Notes under the pieces: model-generated
Told to the model about the DNA's origin: nothing
Database searches by the model: none
The model's input: only the letters and a program-made list of their open reading frames with translations
Shown: piece after piece, positions 42,997-51,865 of the stretch
Position numbering within the stretch: position 1 is the stretch's first letter
Layout of the letters: every line of letters starts with the position of its first letter
Assembly: GCA_963662665.2 (NCBI GenBank)
Contig: CAXXJS010000023.1
Coordinates: forward strand, 1-63,443
Direction: 5' to 3'
DNA length: 63,443 nucleotides
From: Candidatus Latescibacterota bacterium
GTDB lineage: Bacteria; Latescibacterota; UBA2968; GCA-2709665
Position numbers and translations under genes: made by a program

Positions 42997-43968
42997 CTAC
43001 AGGTACCGTATGTTCTTTCCTAACATGGCCAACGCCTCCCCTGTAGCAACCATTGGCCGCAACGACCGCGCCCAAAAAATGGACTCCTGGGGCGCATAGA
43101 CCGTTTCCAGCACCCTGCCGAACGGATCGGTCACGTCGGCCACGGGATCCCCTTTTTGCAGATGATCGTACAGCTCCGCCCTGTACTCCACAAAGCCGCC
43201 CCGCGCAGCGAGGAGGGACAGAAAGCCGTCCACCACCATCTGTCGCCGGGGAGTTTGAGCCCGGCCCTCGATAAATCCGTAATGCTTCAGGATGTTTTCC
43301 ACGCCCGCCACGCCCTTCCGTATGCTGCCTTCGTCCCATCCATGGCATCCTCCCAGTTCCGGATCGATGGTGGGAATTCCTTCATCGGGCGCCGCGCGCG
43401 CCAGTTGTCCGTCCGGTCCCCGACAGTCCAGAATGTACCCGATGCCGAACACGCGGGCCATCTCCATGCAGGCGCGGTGGATGCGTTTACGACGGTCTAC
43501 CCGTACCCGGACTTCGTCGATCATGGGTCGAACCCCGCCCTGGTGTAAATCAATGCAATAGTCCGACTGTTTCACCGCGCTTTGGAACAGCCTGTACGCC
43601 ACACGCTCGCTCGACGTGCCCTCCTTGCGACCCGGAAAGCACCGGTTCATCTTCTTCCCGTCAACGGGATTCAGGGACTCGCCCGCGTGAAAGGCATGAA
43701 AGTTCGCAACCAGGGTTGCAATCACCCTTCCCTTCAGGACCGCCGGATCCAGTCGATTTAGTACCCGCCTGATCACGGCGATGCCATTCAGTTCGTCTCC
43801 ATCGCTGGCCGCCTGAAGATACAGAGTCCGCCCTGGTTCCGCACCGTTCATCAGCACGACGGGAAGGCGCACGGGAGAATTATCCTGCATCTCTCCTACC
43901 GTCATATAACCGTCCCGCCGCTGTCCCGGCCCGGCTTCGATATGTTCAACCTTCAAAACATCGCCCAT
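42997..43968 (-). CDS. Succinylglutamate desuccinylase/aspartoacylase (M14-like) protein
   Basis: DGDELNG, MNRCFPG, IDLH, ELGG; GAGG RBS. Confidence 0.9.
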   Translation of the reverse strand: MGDVLKVEHIEAGPGQRRDGYMTVGEMQDNSPVRLPVVLMNGAEPGRTLYLQAASDGDELNGIAVIRRVLNRLDPAVLKGRVIATLVANFHAFHAGESLNPVDGKKMNRCFPGRKEGTSSERVAYRLFQSAVKQSDYCIDLHQGGVRPMIDEVRVRVDRRKRIHRACMEMARVFGIGYILDCRGPDGQLARAAPDEGIPTIDPELGGCHGWDEGSIRKGVAGVENILKHYGFIEGRAQTPRRQMVVDGFLSLLAARGGFVEYRAELYDHLQKGDPVADVTDPFGRVLETVYAPQESIFWARSLRPMVATGEALAMLGKNIRYL

Positions 43969-44123
43969 ATTGACCTCAGCGTCGAATAACTCGCTTCCTG
44001 ATTCAACAATAAACATGCACGGTACCATCCGCTCTTGTCAACCGAAAAGGGGCAATCCTGTCCGTTCATAACACGTCTGAATCGACGGCCGGCCACGGAA
44101 CCGGCTGCTCTTTGGAGTATAGC

Positions 44124-44227
44124 GGGCGGTTCGCGAACCGCCCCTACGAAAACCAAACATCAACGAATCGGTCTCGCGGGGTTACGCGCTGTCGTTGTTT
44201 TTGTAGGGGCAACTTTCAAGGTTGCCC
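44124..44227. repeat. Pair of GTAG-type REP palindromes
   Basis: GGGCGGTTCGCGAACCGCCCCTAC and GTAGGGGCAACTTTCAAGGTTGCCC. Confidence 0.75.
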
Positions 44228-44449
44228 GCAAAATGGCGTTGGCGTCCGTGATTGACGGCGTCAGTCCGTATAGATAGCCGGTGGGCGAAGGGTGGCCCTC
44301 TCACCGCTACGGTCTTCCGTCCCCCCGCCTCTTGCTGATCGCTGTCTTTCCCTTTGTGTCTTTGTGTGAGCTGATTTTCATCATTGCTGCTTCCGGCCGA
44401 CCGAATTTCGTTGATCTATTTCCGGGACAGAACGCAAGATCGATTATAG

Positions 44450-44477
44450 TTGCCATATTATTTATATACTATATATT
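44450..44477 (+). promoter_or_regulatory. Sigma70-type promoter of a leaderless TA operon
   Basis: TTGCCA-N16-TATATT; ATG 7 nt downstream; no RBS. Confidence 0.55.
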
Positions 44478-44484
44478 ATTTAAT

Positions 44485-44745
44485 ATGTGGACCGTTCTTG
44501 AACATCGAAAGGTGAGAAGGCAGGTCGATTCCATTCCCCGGGAAATACTCGCGCGTTACGAGACGTGGAAAGATATCGTAACCCTCTCCGGTCCCGATGG
44601 CCTCAGGTACATCGAGGGGTTTCGCGACGAAACGCGGCCGGGGAAGAAGAAGAGACGACGACAGTCCCGGCTGGGCGCCGGGTGTCGCGTCATCTACAGA
44701 GTCAAAAACCGGGAAATCCGCGTGAGGGCCATACGCGGCAAGTGA
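44485..44745 (+). CDS. RelE/HigB-like toxin (possibly degenerate)
   Basis: Y..WKDIV..SGP.GLR...GF.DE...SRL...RVIY; toxin-first pair with an XRE gene. Confidence 0.75.
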   Translation: MWTVLEHRKVRRQVDSIPREILARYETWKDIVTLSGPDGLRYIEGFRDETRPGKKKRRRQSRLGAGCRVIYRVKNREIRVRAIRGK

Positions 44746-44762
44746 TCGCGGGAGGCAGCGAG

Positions 44763-45023
44763 ATGGGAAATCAGCGCAAGGCGCCAAAAAATATGGCTGT
44801 ATCCGTCGGCGAGTCCGTCCGGGCGATCCGCGAACTTCAGAAACTCAGCCAGAACGAACTCGCCAGACGCACCGGCATTCCCCAGCCTACTATATCGGCC
44901 ATTGAGAACGGCCGCATCCGACTTGGCGTGGAGCGAGCGAAGGTACTGGCGAGAGCATTGATGTGCCATCCGGCTGTCCTGGTATTCCCCGGCTGGGAAA
45001 TTGAACTGTCCGGCCCCGCCTGA
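44763..45023 (+). CDS. XRE-family HTH antitoxin (HigA-like)
   Basis: LSQNELARRTGIPQPTISAIENG; GGAGG RBS. Confidence 0.88.
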   Translation: MGNQRKAPKNMAVSVGESVRAIRELQKLSQNELARRTGIPQPTISAIENGRIRLGVERAKVLARALMCHPAVLVFPGWEIELSGPA

Positions 45024-45041
45024 TCGCCAGGACCAATCTAA

Positions 45042-45088
45042 CCTTGATTCGAAAGTGCGCCTTTTCACGGCGCACTTTCGAATTGGGG
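45042..45088. mobile_element. 47-bp mini-MITE (family D) with CTAA TSD, containing the 5' hairpin of the group II intron
   Basis: CTAA|CCTTGATTCGAAAGTGCGCCTTTTCACGGCGCACTTTCGAATTGGGG|CTAA; ends match 50872-51818; 20 nt identical to 51787-51806. Confidence 0.75.
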
Positions 45089-45269
45089 CTAACTGCGCGG
45101 GCTCGCAGGTTTTCACTGGCAGTTCATTCTGACTTTTCTGTATCTTCCAAAATCCTCCTACTGGAACGACATTACCTCTCCGCACCCCTTGAAACCCGGA
45201 CAGACGGCACCGTAGCGTCCGTACCCCACCCCGTTTTTTTTATCATCGACTCTCAGATGGAGGTCTGCC

Positions 45270-47042
45270 ATGAAGCGGATCGCATTGAAGGTCTTTGCCA
45301 TTATTGGTGGTATTGCCACCATGATCGTCATCGTAATCGCGGCCGTTGCCATCGCGTTGATGTACAAGGGTGAAGAAGAAGTGCCGCGACTCACCGTCCT
45401 GGAACTGAATCTCGAACGGAATCTTCCCGAGTACGTACCGGGCAATCCTATTGCCGAAGTCCTGTTTCCCGATGCGATCACGGTTCGGGACATGGTTGAG
45501 GGTCTCCATCGGGCCGCTTCAGACGGGCGCGTCGTGGCGCTCCTGGCGAGGGTGGGAAACAGCGGAATGGGTCTTGCGAGGCTTCAGGAATTGCGAGACG
45601 CCGTGCGTGTATTCGGTGAGAGCGGCAAGCCCGCAGTCGTCTATGCAGAGACATTCGGCGAATTCGGCCCGGGCAACGGCTCTTACTATCTCGCAACGGC
45701 GTTCGACGAGATCTATCTCCAGCCTTCCGGCGTTGTTGGGCTGACAGGTTTGATCGCCGAGACCCCCTTCATACGCGGAACCCTGGAAAAATTTGGCATT
45801 GTCCCACGCCTGGACCATCGACGGGAGTACAAGAACGCGAAGAATTTCTATACCGAACGCCAGTACACGTCAGCCCATGAAGAAGCGACCCAGGCGGTGA
45901 TGAACTCACAATTCGATCAACTGGTGCGCGGGATCGCAGACAAACGCGGCCTGTCGCCCGAGGCGGTCCGCGAACTGTTCGACACGGGACCATTCCTCTC
46001 TAAGGGAGCATTGGAGGCGGGGCTGATAGACGGGCTGGCGTACCGGGACGAGGTGTACGAACACGTAAAGGAACAGGTGGACGAGGGCGCGACGTATCTG
46101 ACGCTGGGCAAATATCTGAAACGGATTGAAAACGACGACGAACACGGTGAAACCGTCGCCCTGATCTACGGAGTCGGCGACGTGACGCGGGGCAAGAGCG
46201 ATTTCGATCCGACCTCCGGCGAAACTACGATGGGATCGGATACCGTCGCCAGGGCCTTTCGCGATGCTGTTCGCAACCAGGACGTCGAAGCGATCCTCTT
46301 TCGTATCGACAGCCCCGGCGGATCCTACGTCGCCTCGGACGCAATCTGGCGCGAAACCGTCCGGGCCCGTGAAGCCGGCAAACCGGTGGTCGTTTCCATG
46401 GGGGACGTTGCGGGCTCCGGCGGATACTTCGTCGCCATGGCCGCGGACCGGATTGTTGCGCAGCCAGGCACGATCACCGGGTCCATAGGGGTGCTGGCGG
46501 GCAAGATGCTGACGTCCGGTTTTTGGGAGAAGACAGGAATCTCGTGGGACGAGGTCCACACGAGCGCACATTCCGCCATGTGGACCGGCACCAAAGACTT
46601 CTCAGACGAAGAATGGTCAGTGTTCCAGGCCTGGCTGGATACAGTGTACGAGGATTTTACAGACAAGGTCGCCGAGGGACGTTCGTTGCCGATAGAACGC
46701 GTGCTCGACGTCGCCCGGGGTCGCATCTGGACCGGCGAGGACGCCAGAAAGCTGGGGCTGGTGGATGAACTGGGAGGTTATCAGACGGCGCTAAAACTCA
46801 TTCGCGAAGCAGCGCAGTTGCCGCCAGATGCCGAACTCCGGCTACAGGTCTTTCCCAGGGCGAAGTCCACCTGGGAATACCTCCTTGAACACGGCATCGT
46901 CCGCAGTAGCGACTCCGCCGCCGCGTCCGCATTCGTCCATACAGTGCGCAAACTGCAACCGGTCGTCACCCTCGCGCGGCGCCTGGGTCTTGTCCCCTCC
47001 CCCGGCGTGTTGACGATGCCCGAGATCGCGCCTTTCAGGTAG
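45270..47042 (+). CDS. sppA: Signal peptide peptidase SppA (67K type)
   Basis: N-terminal TM helix; YYLATAFDEI, YKNA, RIDSPGGS, SGGY, TGSIGV, GRIWTG. Confidence 0.95.
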   Translation: MKRIALKVFAIIGGIATMIVIVIAAVAIALMYKGEEEVPRLTVLELNLERNLPEYVPGNPIAEVLFPDAITVRDMVEGLHRAASDGRVVALLARVGNSGMGLARLQELRDAVRVFGESGKPAVVYAETFGEFGPGNGSYYLATAFDEIYLQPSGVVGLTGLIAETPFIRGTLEKFGIVPRLDHRREYKNAKNFYTERQYTSAHEEATQAVMNSQFDQLVRGIADKRGLSPEAVRELFDTGPFLSKGALEAGLIDGLAYRDEVYEHVKEQVDEGATYLTLGKYLKRIENDDEHGETVALIYGVGDVTRGKSDFDPTSGETTMGSDTVARAFRDAVRNQDVEAILFRIDSPGGSYVASDAIWRETVRAREAGKPVVVSMGDVAGSGGYFVAMAADRIVAQPGTITGSIGVLAGKMLTSGFWEKTGISWDEVHTSAHSAMWTGTKDFSDEEWSVFQAWLDTVYEDFTDKVAEGRSLPIERVLDVARGRIWTGEDARKLGLVDELGGYQTALKLIREAAQLPPDAELRLQVFPRAKSTWEYLLEHGIVRSSDSAAASAFVHTVRKLQPVVTLARRLGLVPSPGVLTMPEIAPFR

Positions 47043-47092
47043 GGGACAAATACCCCTGCCGCCAACGACCCACCACGACCCACCCCCTGAAA

Positions 47093-47220
47093 GCGGTGAG
47101 ACGGTAGAGGTAAGACGGTAGAAGACGTCCTTGCCCGATTGGTTCTTCCTTTGTGCTCCGGCAAGAAATGAAACCGAACGGGCACTCACATCATCTCCCG
47201 TCTCACGTCTCACGTCTACC
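47093..47220. repeat. Repeat family E with inverted heptamer-tandem ends (GTGAGAC / GTCTCAC); uninterrupted copy
   Basis: Matches 52998-53281 once the MITE there is removed. Confidence 0.8.
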
Positions 47221-47304
47221 CTCTTTCGTAACTCTCCGATTCAAGCTTATCGCTGTGCGCTGACAGCTTCCTTCGTGACAGATCCGGAAGAAGGGAATTC
47301 CATT

Positions 47305-47610
47305 CCATCGCGGCAGACCTGTGACGACATTGCCGAAGAGTACCGCGACTCGAAGCTTCTCCCATTCCGATATGCCAATGAGCGCTATGCGGTCTTCCAA
47401 CTGTTGAGCGCCCCGTGCGGGAAAACGGTGCTGGACCTGGCATGCGGCGAGGGGATCTATGCGCGTCAGTTCAAGCGTGCCGGCGCGGCATCGGTGATGG
47501 GGGTCGACGTCTCCCGGGAGATGATCGCGCTGACCGAGGTGGAGCCGCCCGTCCGGGATGACTTCATGGCGCGGAAACCGTTCGCCGGCGTTACTGCCAG
47601 CAAGCCCTGA
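47305..47610 (+). pseudogene. SAM methyltransferase relic with no start codon and an internal deletion
   Basis: DDIAEEY, VLDLACGEG, GVDVSREMI, followed directly by a C-terminal-looking segment. Confidence 0.7.
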
Positions 47611-47686
47611 TTGGCGGCACTCGTGTGTTCACGTGCTACCCGGTATTTTCGTACGGGTATCAAAAGGTGTCGGTTTCCACCATCGA

Positions 47687-48613
47687 TCACCCGGCCAGCA
47701 CCATCTTCAGCAGGGCCATCCGGATGTATAGTCCATTGTGCGCCTGCCGGAAATATGCCGCGCGGGGGTCCGTATCAACCGCGGGGTCGATCTCGTCCAC
47801 CCGAGGCAGCGGATGCATCACGCGGGCGTTATCGGAAAGCGCCTCCATTACCTTTGTATCGATGATGTATTTCCCCCGGGCCGCTTCGTAGTCACTTGTG
47901 CGATCGCCGAACCGTTCCCTCTGGATCCGTGTCTGATAGACCACGTCAACCTGCCGAACAACGTCGATCAGGTCGTCACGTTCCTGGAAGTACACCCCGT
48001 TCCGGAGCAGGTATTCCTTGATGTCAGCCTTCATGCGCACCATCTCGGGCGCCACGAAATACAGCTTTACGTCCTGGTACCGGGTGAGCAGATAAGCGAG
48101 CGAACGCACAGTGCGTCCATTGGCGAGGTCGCCCACCATAGCCACCGAAATACCGTCCAGCCGGCCGATTTCCTTCTGAATCGTATAGACGTCGAGCAGC
48201 GCCTGCGTAGGATGCTGACCGGGTCCGTCGCCGGCGTTCAAGACCGGCACCGACGCCACTTCAGCCGCCCGCCGAGCGGATCCACCCTCGTAGTGCCGAA
48301 GCACAATTACATCCGCGTATCCCTCCACAATTCGGATGGTGTCTTCAAGCGTTTCGCCTTTCGCCGCCGAGGAAAACTCCCGCGCCGACTCGGTCGTAAC
48401 CACGCTTCCCCCCAGACGGATCATGGCCGACTCGAAAGAAAGCCGGGTGCGGGTGCTGGGTTCGTAAAACAGCGTAGCCATGATGCGGCGATTGAGTATA
48501 CTGGACCCGTAGAGGCTGACAACCTCCTCCATCTCCTTGGTGACCGCGAAAATCTCCGTCAGCAGTTCACGATTGAACTGCTGCGCCTCGACCACGTGGA
48601 ACAGGCCGTCCAT
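47687..48613 (-). CDS. pyrB: Aspartate carbamoyltransferase catalytic subunit
   Basis: FYEPSTRTRLSF, HPTQALLD, RIQRER, MHPLP; GAGGGAGG RBS. Confidence 0.98.
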   Translation of the reverse strand: MDGLFHVVEAQQFNRELLTEIFAVTKEMEEVVSLYGSSILNRRIMATLFYEPSTRTRLSFESAMIRLGGSVVTTESAREFSSAAKGETLEDTIRIVEGYADVIVLRHYEGGSARRAAEVASVPVLNAGDGPGQHPTQALLDVYTIQKEIGRLDGISVAMVGDLANGRTVRSLAYLLTRYQDVKLYFVAPEMVRMKADIKEYLLRNGVYFQERDDLIDVVRQVDVVYQTRIQRERFGDRTSDYEAARGKYIIDTKVMEALSDNARVMHPLPRVDEIDPAVDTDPRAAYFRQAHNGLYIRMALLKMVLAG

Positions 48614-48777
48614 CGAGTGTCCTCCCTCAGAAGCTGTATTAAAACCCCCAGCGGTCTTCGCGCGGCTGCAAAGACGTCGGCCGACGTTGGTCAAATCCAC
48701 CTGTATCTTTAGATACAGTCGGCTTCGCCCGCCTGGACCGACACCTTTTCGCTCGCGCTCGGGAACTTACCGGGAAT

Positions 48778-48879
48778 TTAAAACAGTTTCTCACAACAAA
48801 AAAAGCTCCCCTGCATGGGAGCGGAAAAACAGCAGCCGGGGAGCCGGAAAAGTCGATTTCGAATAGAAGAGATTGCCAT
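48778..48879 (-). CDS. Putative pyrB leader peptide (PyrL-like, 33 aa)
   Basis: MAISSIRNRLFRLPGCCFSAPMQGSFFCCEKLF; starts near the predicted TSS and reads through the terminator. Confidence 0.6.
   Translation of the reverse strand: MAISSIRNRLFRLPGCCFSAPMQGSFFCCEKLF
48798..48822 (-). terminator. Intrinsic terminator/attenuator in the pyrB leader
   Basis: GCTCCC-ATGCAG-GGGAGC-TTTTTTT on the minus strand. Confidence 0.75.
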
Positions 48880-48889
48880 TTAAAATGCA

Positions 48890-48918
48890 AATATAGTCCG
48901 GCCACACCACGTTGGCAA
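48890..48918 (-). promoter_or_regulatory. Sigma70 promoter of pyrB
   Basis: TTGCCA-N17-TATATT on the minus strand. Confidence 0.7.
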
Positions 48919-49299
48919 GTGGAAAATCTCCCGGCGGATTCAGGGGACGCTGTCTGCGGTTTGGTGGTTCGCAACGGCGCGCGCGATCGATGCCGGCGCG
49001 ACGGCAGGCGAGTACCGGTCTCCTGTCCGGAAATCTGCCAAAAATTGGTTGACCGCACCCAGGAAGTCCGATATATTTGAGTTCGCGGTGACCGTGTTTT
49101 CGCTGGAAGGCGCAACACGGCGCCGCAATTCATTGTTCATCCGAAACGCTGAATATTACAGAATGTCAATCGCCCGGGCTCTCTCCATGTTTTCCGGCCC
49201 GGGTCTTTGTGTGTCCGGTCTCCACGCCTCCACCGGTGAACGGCGTTCGATTCACCCGATATCGATTCCGGCCGATTTATCTGACCCCTCCTTTCCACC

Positions 49300-50871
49300 G
49301 TGTCCGGGAGAAACAGAATGGTTCAGGCAATACCACCTGCCGATGTAAAACGCTCGATGTCTCCACTTGCCAGGTATCTCTCCGAATCCGCCGCGGTCGG
49401 CAGTCCCGTGGATCCGGGTTTTGTCTCCTACCTCGCGTCACTGGAACAGATTCACGCGACTTCACCTCTAGTGGCCGCAACCATCGTTGCCGAACTGGAG
49501 GATCAGCGCGGCAACCTGAAGATGATCGCCAGCGAGAACTACTGCTCGCTGGCCGTTCAGCTCGCACAAGGCAATCTCTTCACCGACAAGTATGCGGAAG
49601 GTGTGCCCGAACGCCGCTTCTACGCGGGCTGTGATAACGTCGACACCGTCGAAAAACATGCCGCTTCCCTCGCTCGAGACCTCTTCGGGGCGGACCACGC
49701 GTACGTTCAGCCCCATTCCGGCGCCGATGCCAATCTTGTCGCCTTCTGGGCTATCCTGTCCGCCCGCATTCAGACGCCGTTCGTTGAACGGACGGGACGG
49801 AACGACCTCGCAGCTCTCTCCGACGCCGACTGGCGGGAACTCAGAACCGCGCTGGGCAACCAGAAATTGCTCGGGCTTGATTACTATTCCGGCGGCCATC
49901 TCACCCACGGCTACCGGCAGAACGTCTCCTCCAGAATGTTCCACGTAGAAACCTACGGTGTCCACCCCGAAACCAAGCTTATCGACTACGACCGGGTCCG
50001 CAGCCAGGCGAAGGCGTTCAAACCCCTGATCCTACTGGCCGGATACAGCGCTTACACGCGTAAAATCAATTTTCGCATCTTCAGGGAAATAGCGAATGAA
50101 GTGGGCGCAGTCTTTATGGTAGATATGGCGCACTTTTCCGGTCTGGTGGCAGGCAAGGTCTTCACCGGCGACTACGATCCCGTGACGCACGCCGACGTTG
50201 TGACCACCACGACCCACAAGACCCTCAGGGGGCCGCGAGGCGGCATGATTCTTTGCACGGCGGAATATGCGGAACACGTGGACCGCGGGTGCCCGATGGT
50301 GCTGGGCGGTCCTCTGCCCCACGCCATTGCTGCCAAGGCCGTCGCCTTTGAGGAGGCAGGCGCCGGCGAATTCAGAACCTACACGCGACGTATTGTGCAA
50401 AACGCCGTGGCCCTGGCCGAAGCCTGCGTTAAAGAGGGGCTTAACGTACTCACCGGCGGCACCGACAACCATATGCTGCTCATCGACGTGACGCCGCTTG
50501 GTCTCACCGGCAGGCAGGCGGAATCCGTCCTGAGAAATGCCGGGATCACGCTCAACCGCAACGCATTACCCTTCGATACGAACGGCGCATGGTACACCAG
50601 CGGGCTACGGGTCGGCACACCCGCCCTCACGACGCTCGGCATGGGCGCGGACGAAATGCGGAGAATCGCCGCCATCTTGCGGCTTGTCCTCTACAACACA
50701 CGGCCCGTCCGGATCAGGAAAGGCAGGCACGCCGGAACGCCGAGCAAAGCGCGGTCCAGGACCCGGCCGGAGGCGCTCGCAGAAGCCCGTGCAGAGGTGG
50801 CGAACCTGCTTTGCCGGTATCCTGCGTATCCCGAACTGGACCTGGAGTACCTGAAGCAGGTGCTGCGTTAA
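49300..50871 (+). CDS. glyA: Serine hydroxymethyltransferase, long type (start uncertain; ATG 49318 or 49357 possible)
   Basis: [45 protein letters not shown]. Confidence 0.96.
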   Translation: MSGRNRMVQAIPPADVKRSMSPLARYLSESAAVGSPVDPGFVSYLASLEQIHATSPLVAATIVAELEDQRGNLKMIASENYCSLAVQLAQGNLFTDKYAEGVPERRFYAGCDNVDTVEKHAASLARDLFGADHAYVQPHSGADANLVAFWAILSARIQTPFVERTGRNDLAALSDADWRELRTALGNQKLLGLDYYSGGHLTHGYRQNVSSRMFHVETYGVHPETKLIDYDRVRSQAKAFKPLILLAGYSAYTRKINFRIFREIANEVGAVFMVDMAHFSGLVAGKVFTGDYDPVTHADVVTTTTHKTLRGPRGGMILCTAEYAEHVDRGCPMVLGGPLPHAIAAKAVAFEEAGAGEFRTYTRRIVQNAVALAEACVKEGLNVLTGGTDNHMLLIDVTPLGLTGRQAESVLRNAGITLNRNALPFDTNGAWYTSGLRVGTPALTTLGMGADEMRRIAAILRLVLYNTRPVRIRKGRHAGTPSKARSRTRPEALAEARAEVANLLCRYPAYPELDLEYLKQVLR

Positions 50872-51818
50872 CCCCAATCCGAAAAAAACAGCAACTCGGA
50901 AACGCGACGAAAACCCCTGAAACGGGGCGCAATGGTCGTCAAAAAGGACGTTTTTTCAGTTCACGTCCAGTGACCTGGTGTATCCTGGTAATCAGCCGTC
51001 AAATCGCCTTTATTCACTTGCCTATATTCGATTTTACGTCCCGGAAAAAGTAGAGTCGAGATGTGGCGCGGTGGTTTAGGAGTGGCCTGTCTGTTCCCGC
51101 CCCTTTCGTCTGGCGGTGCCTCAATAGCCCCTCCCTGCTCCGTTTCCACATCCCGCTCGTCGAACCGGACGTGCGGAGTTACCGCATCCGGCTCTCCGAC
51201 GGACATCGCCTTCAGGTACACACTGCCCGATCTGCCCGGACAGCTTCACCTGAAACCTTAGCTTGATCTGGAGTCGCCTCGTCTTATTCTGGAGGAGGTT
51301 ATAGGCTTGCGCCACTCTCCCGACAGTTGTCCCCTTCACAAGCACATCCGAAGTCAGGCCCCTTTCCTCCGCCGGCGTTACCCGGCATCACAGGTACTAC
51401 GAGCCTGTCCGCCACCCCATACGGCCCGGCCTGGCCCTCACGGGCTTCCGGTTGGTGGCTCTCCACCACCGCTGGGGCTTCCCGTGTTGCGTCGGATCTC
51501 CTTGTATGCGTGCCTCCGCCATTACCCCGGCGGGACCGTTGGGTGCTCTCGTTGCCTGCTTCCCCAGCGACGGCGGCCTTCCCCGTTCGCAAGCCGGGTC
51601 GGCTCCCGCATTACCCTTTTCGAGGCCTGCTCAGCGTTTACTCACGTTTCAGCCCACATACTCGCCGAGTCGCCTGGCGACCCTCTACACCGGAGGCTTC
51701 GGAGATGTCGTTACCTACGTCTCCGCTCCGATTGCTTCCGACTGTGGCAACATCTGTCGGGTGGGACTCTCACCCACTGAAGTTCCGCGCCTTTTCACGG
51801 CGCACTAGCGAATCAAGG
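50872..51818. mobile_element. MITE family D (about 190 bp without insert) with TTAA TSD, carrying a group II intron
   Basis: TTAA|CCCCAATCCG ... CGAATCAAGG|TTAA; same ends as 45042-45088. Confidence 0.65.
51050..51805 (-). ncRNA. ORF-less group II intron (756 nt)
   Basis: 5' GTGCG; domain V GAGCCGGATGCGGTAACTCCGCACGTCCGGTTC (51194-51162) with AGC triad; long domain VI ending CTCGACTCTAC; no RT ORF. Confidence 0.93.
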
Positions 51819-51865
51819 TTAAACGGTCATCCCGGTGCTTGGGGCGCCTGTCAAACCACCCGCGT

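Noticed and set aside
17306-44000. Run of GNAT/APH/NUDIX/TA genes as an integron cassette array
   Set aside because: No integrase and no recurring attC structures; GTTAGGC/GCCTAAC at 32582-32607 is one short hairpin in the wrong order for attC
48950-49300. Glycine/THF/ZTP riboswitch upstream of glyA
   Set aside because: No recognisable aptamer consensus; an Rfam scan would be needed
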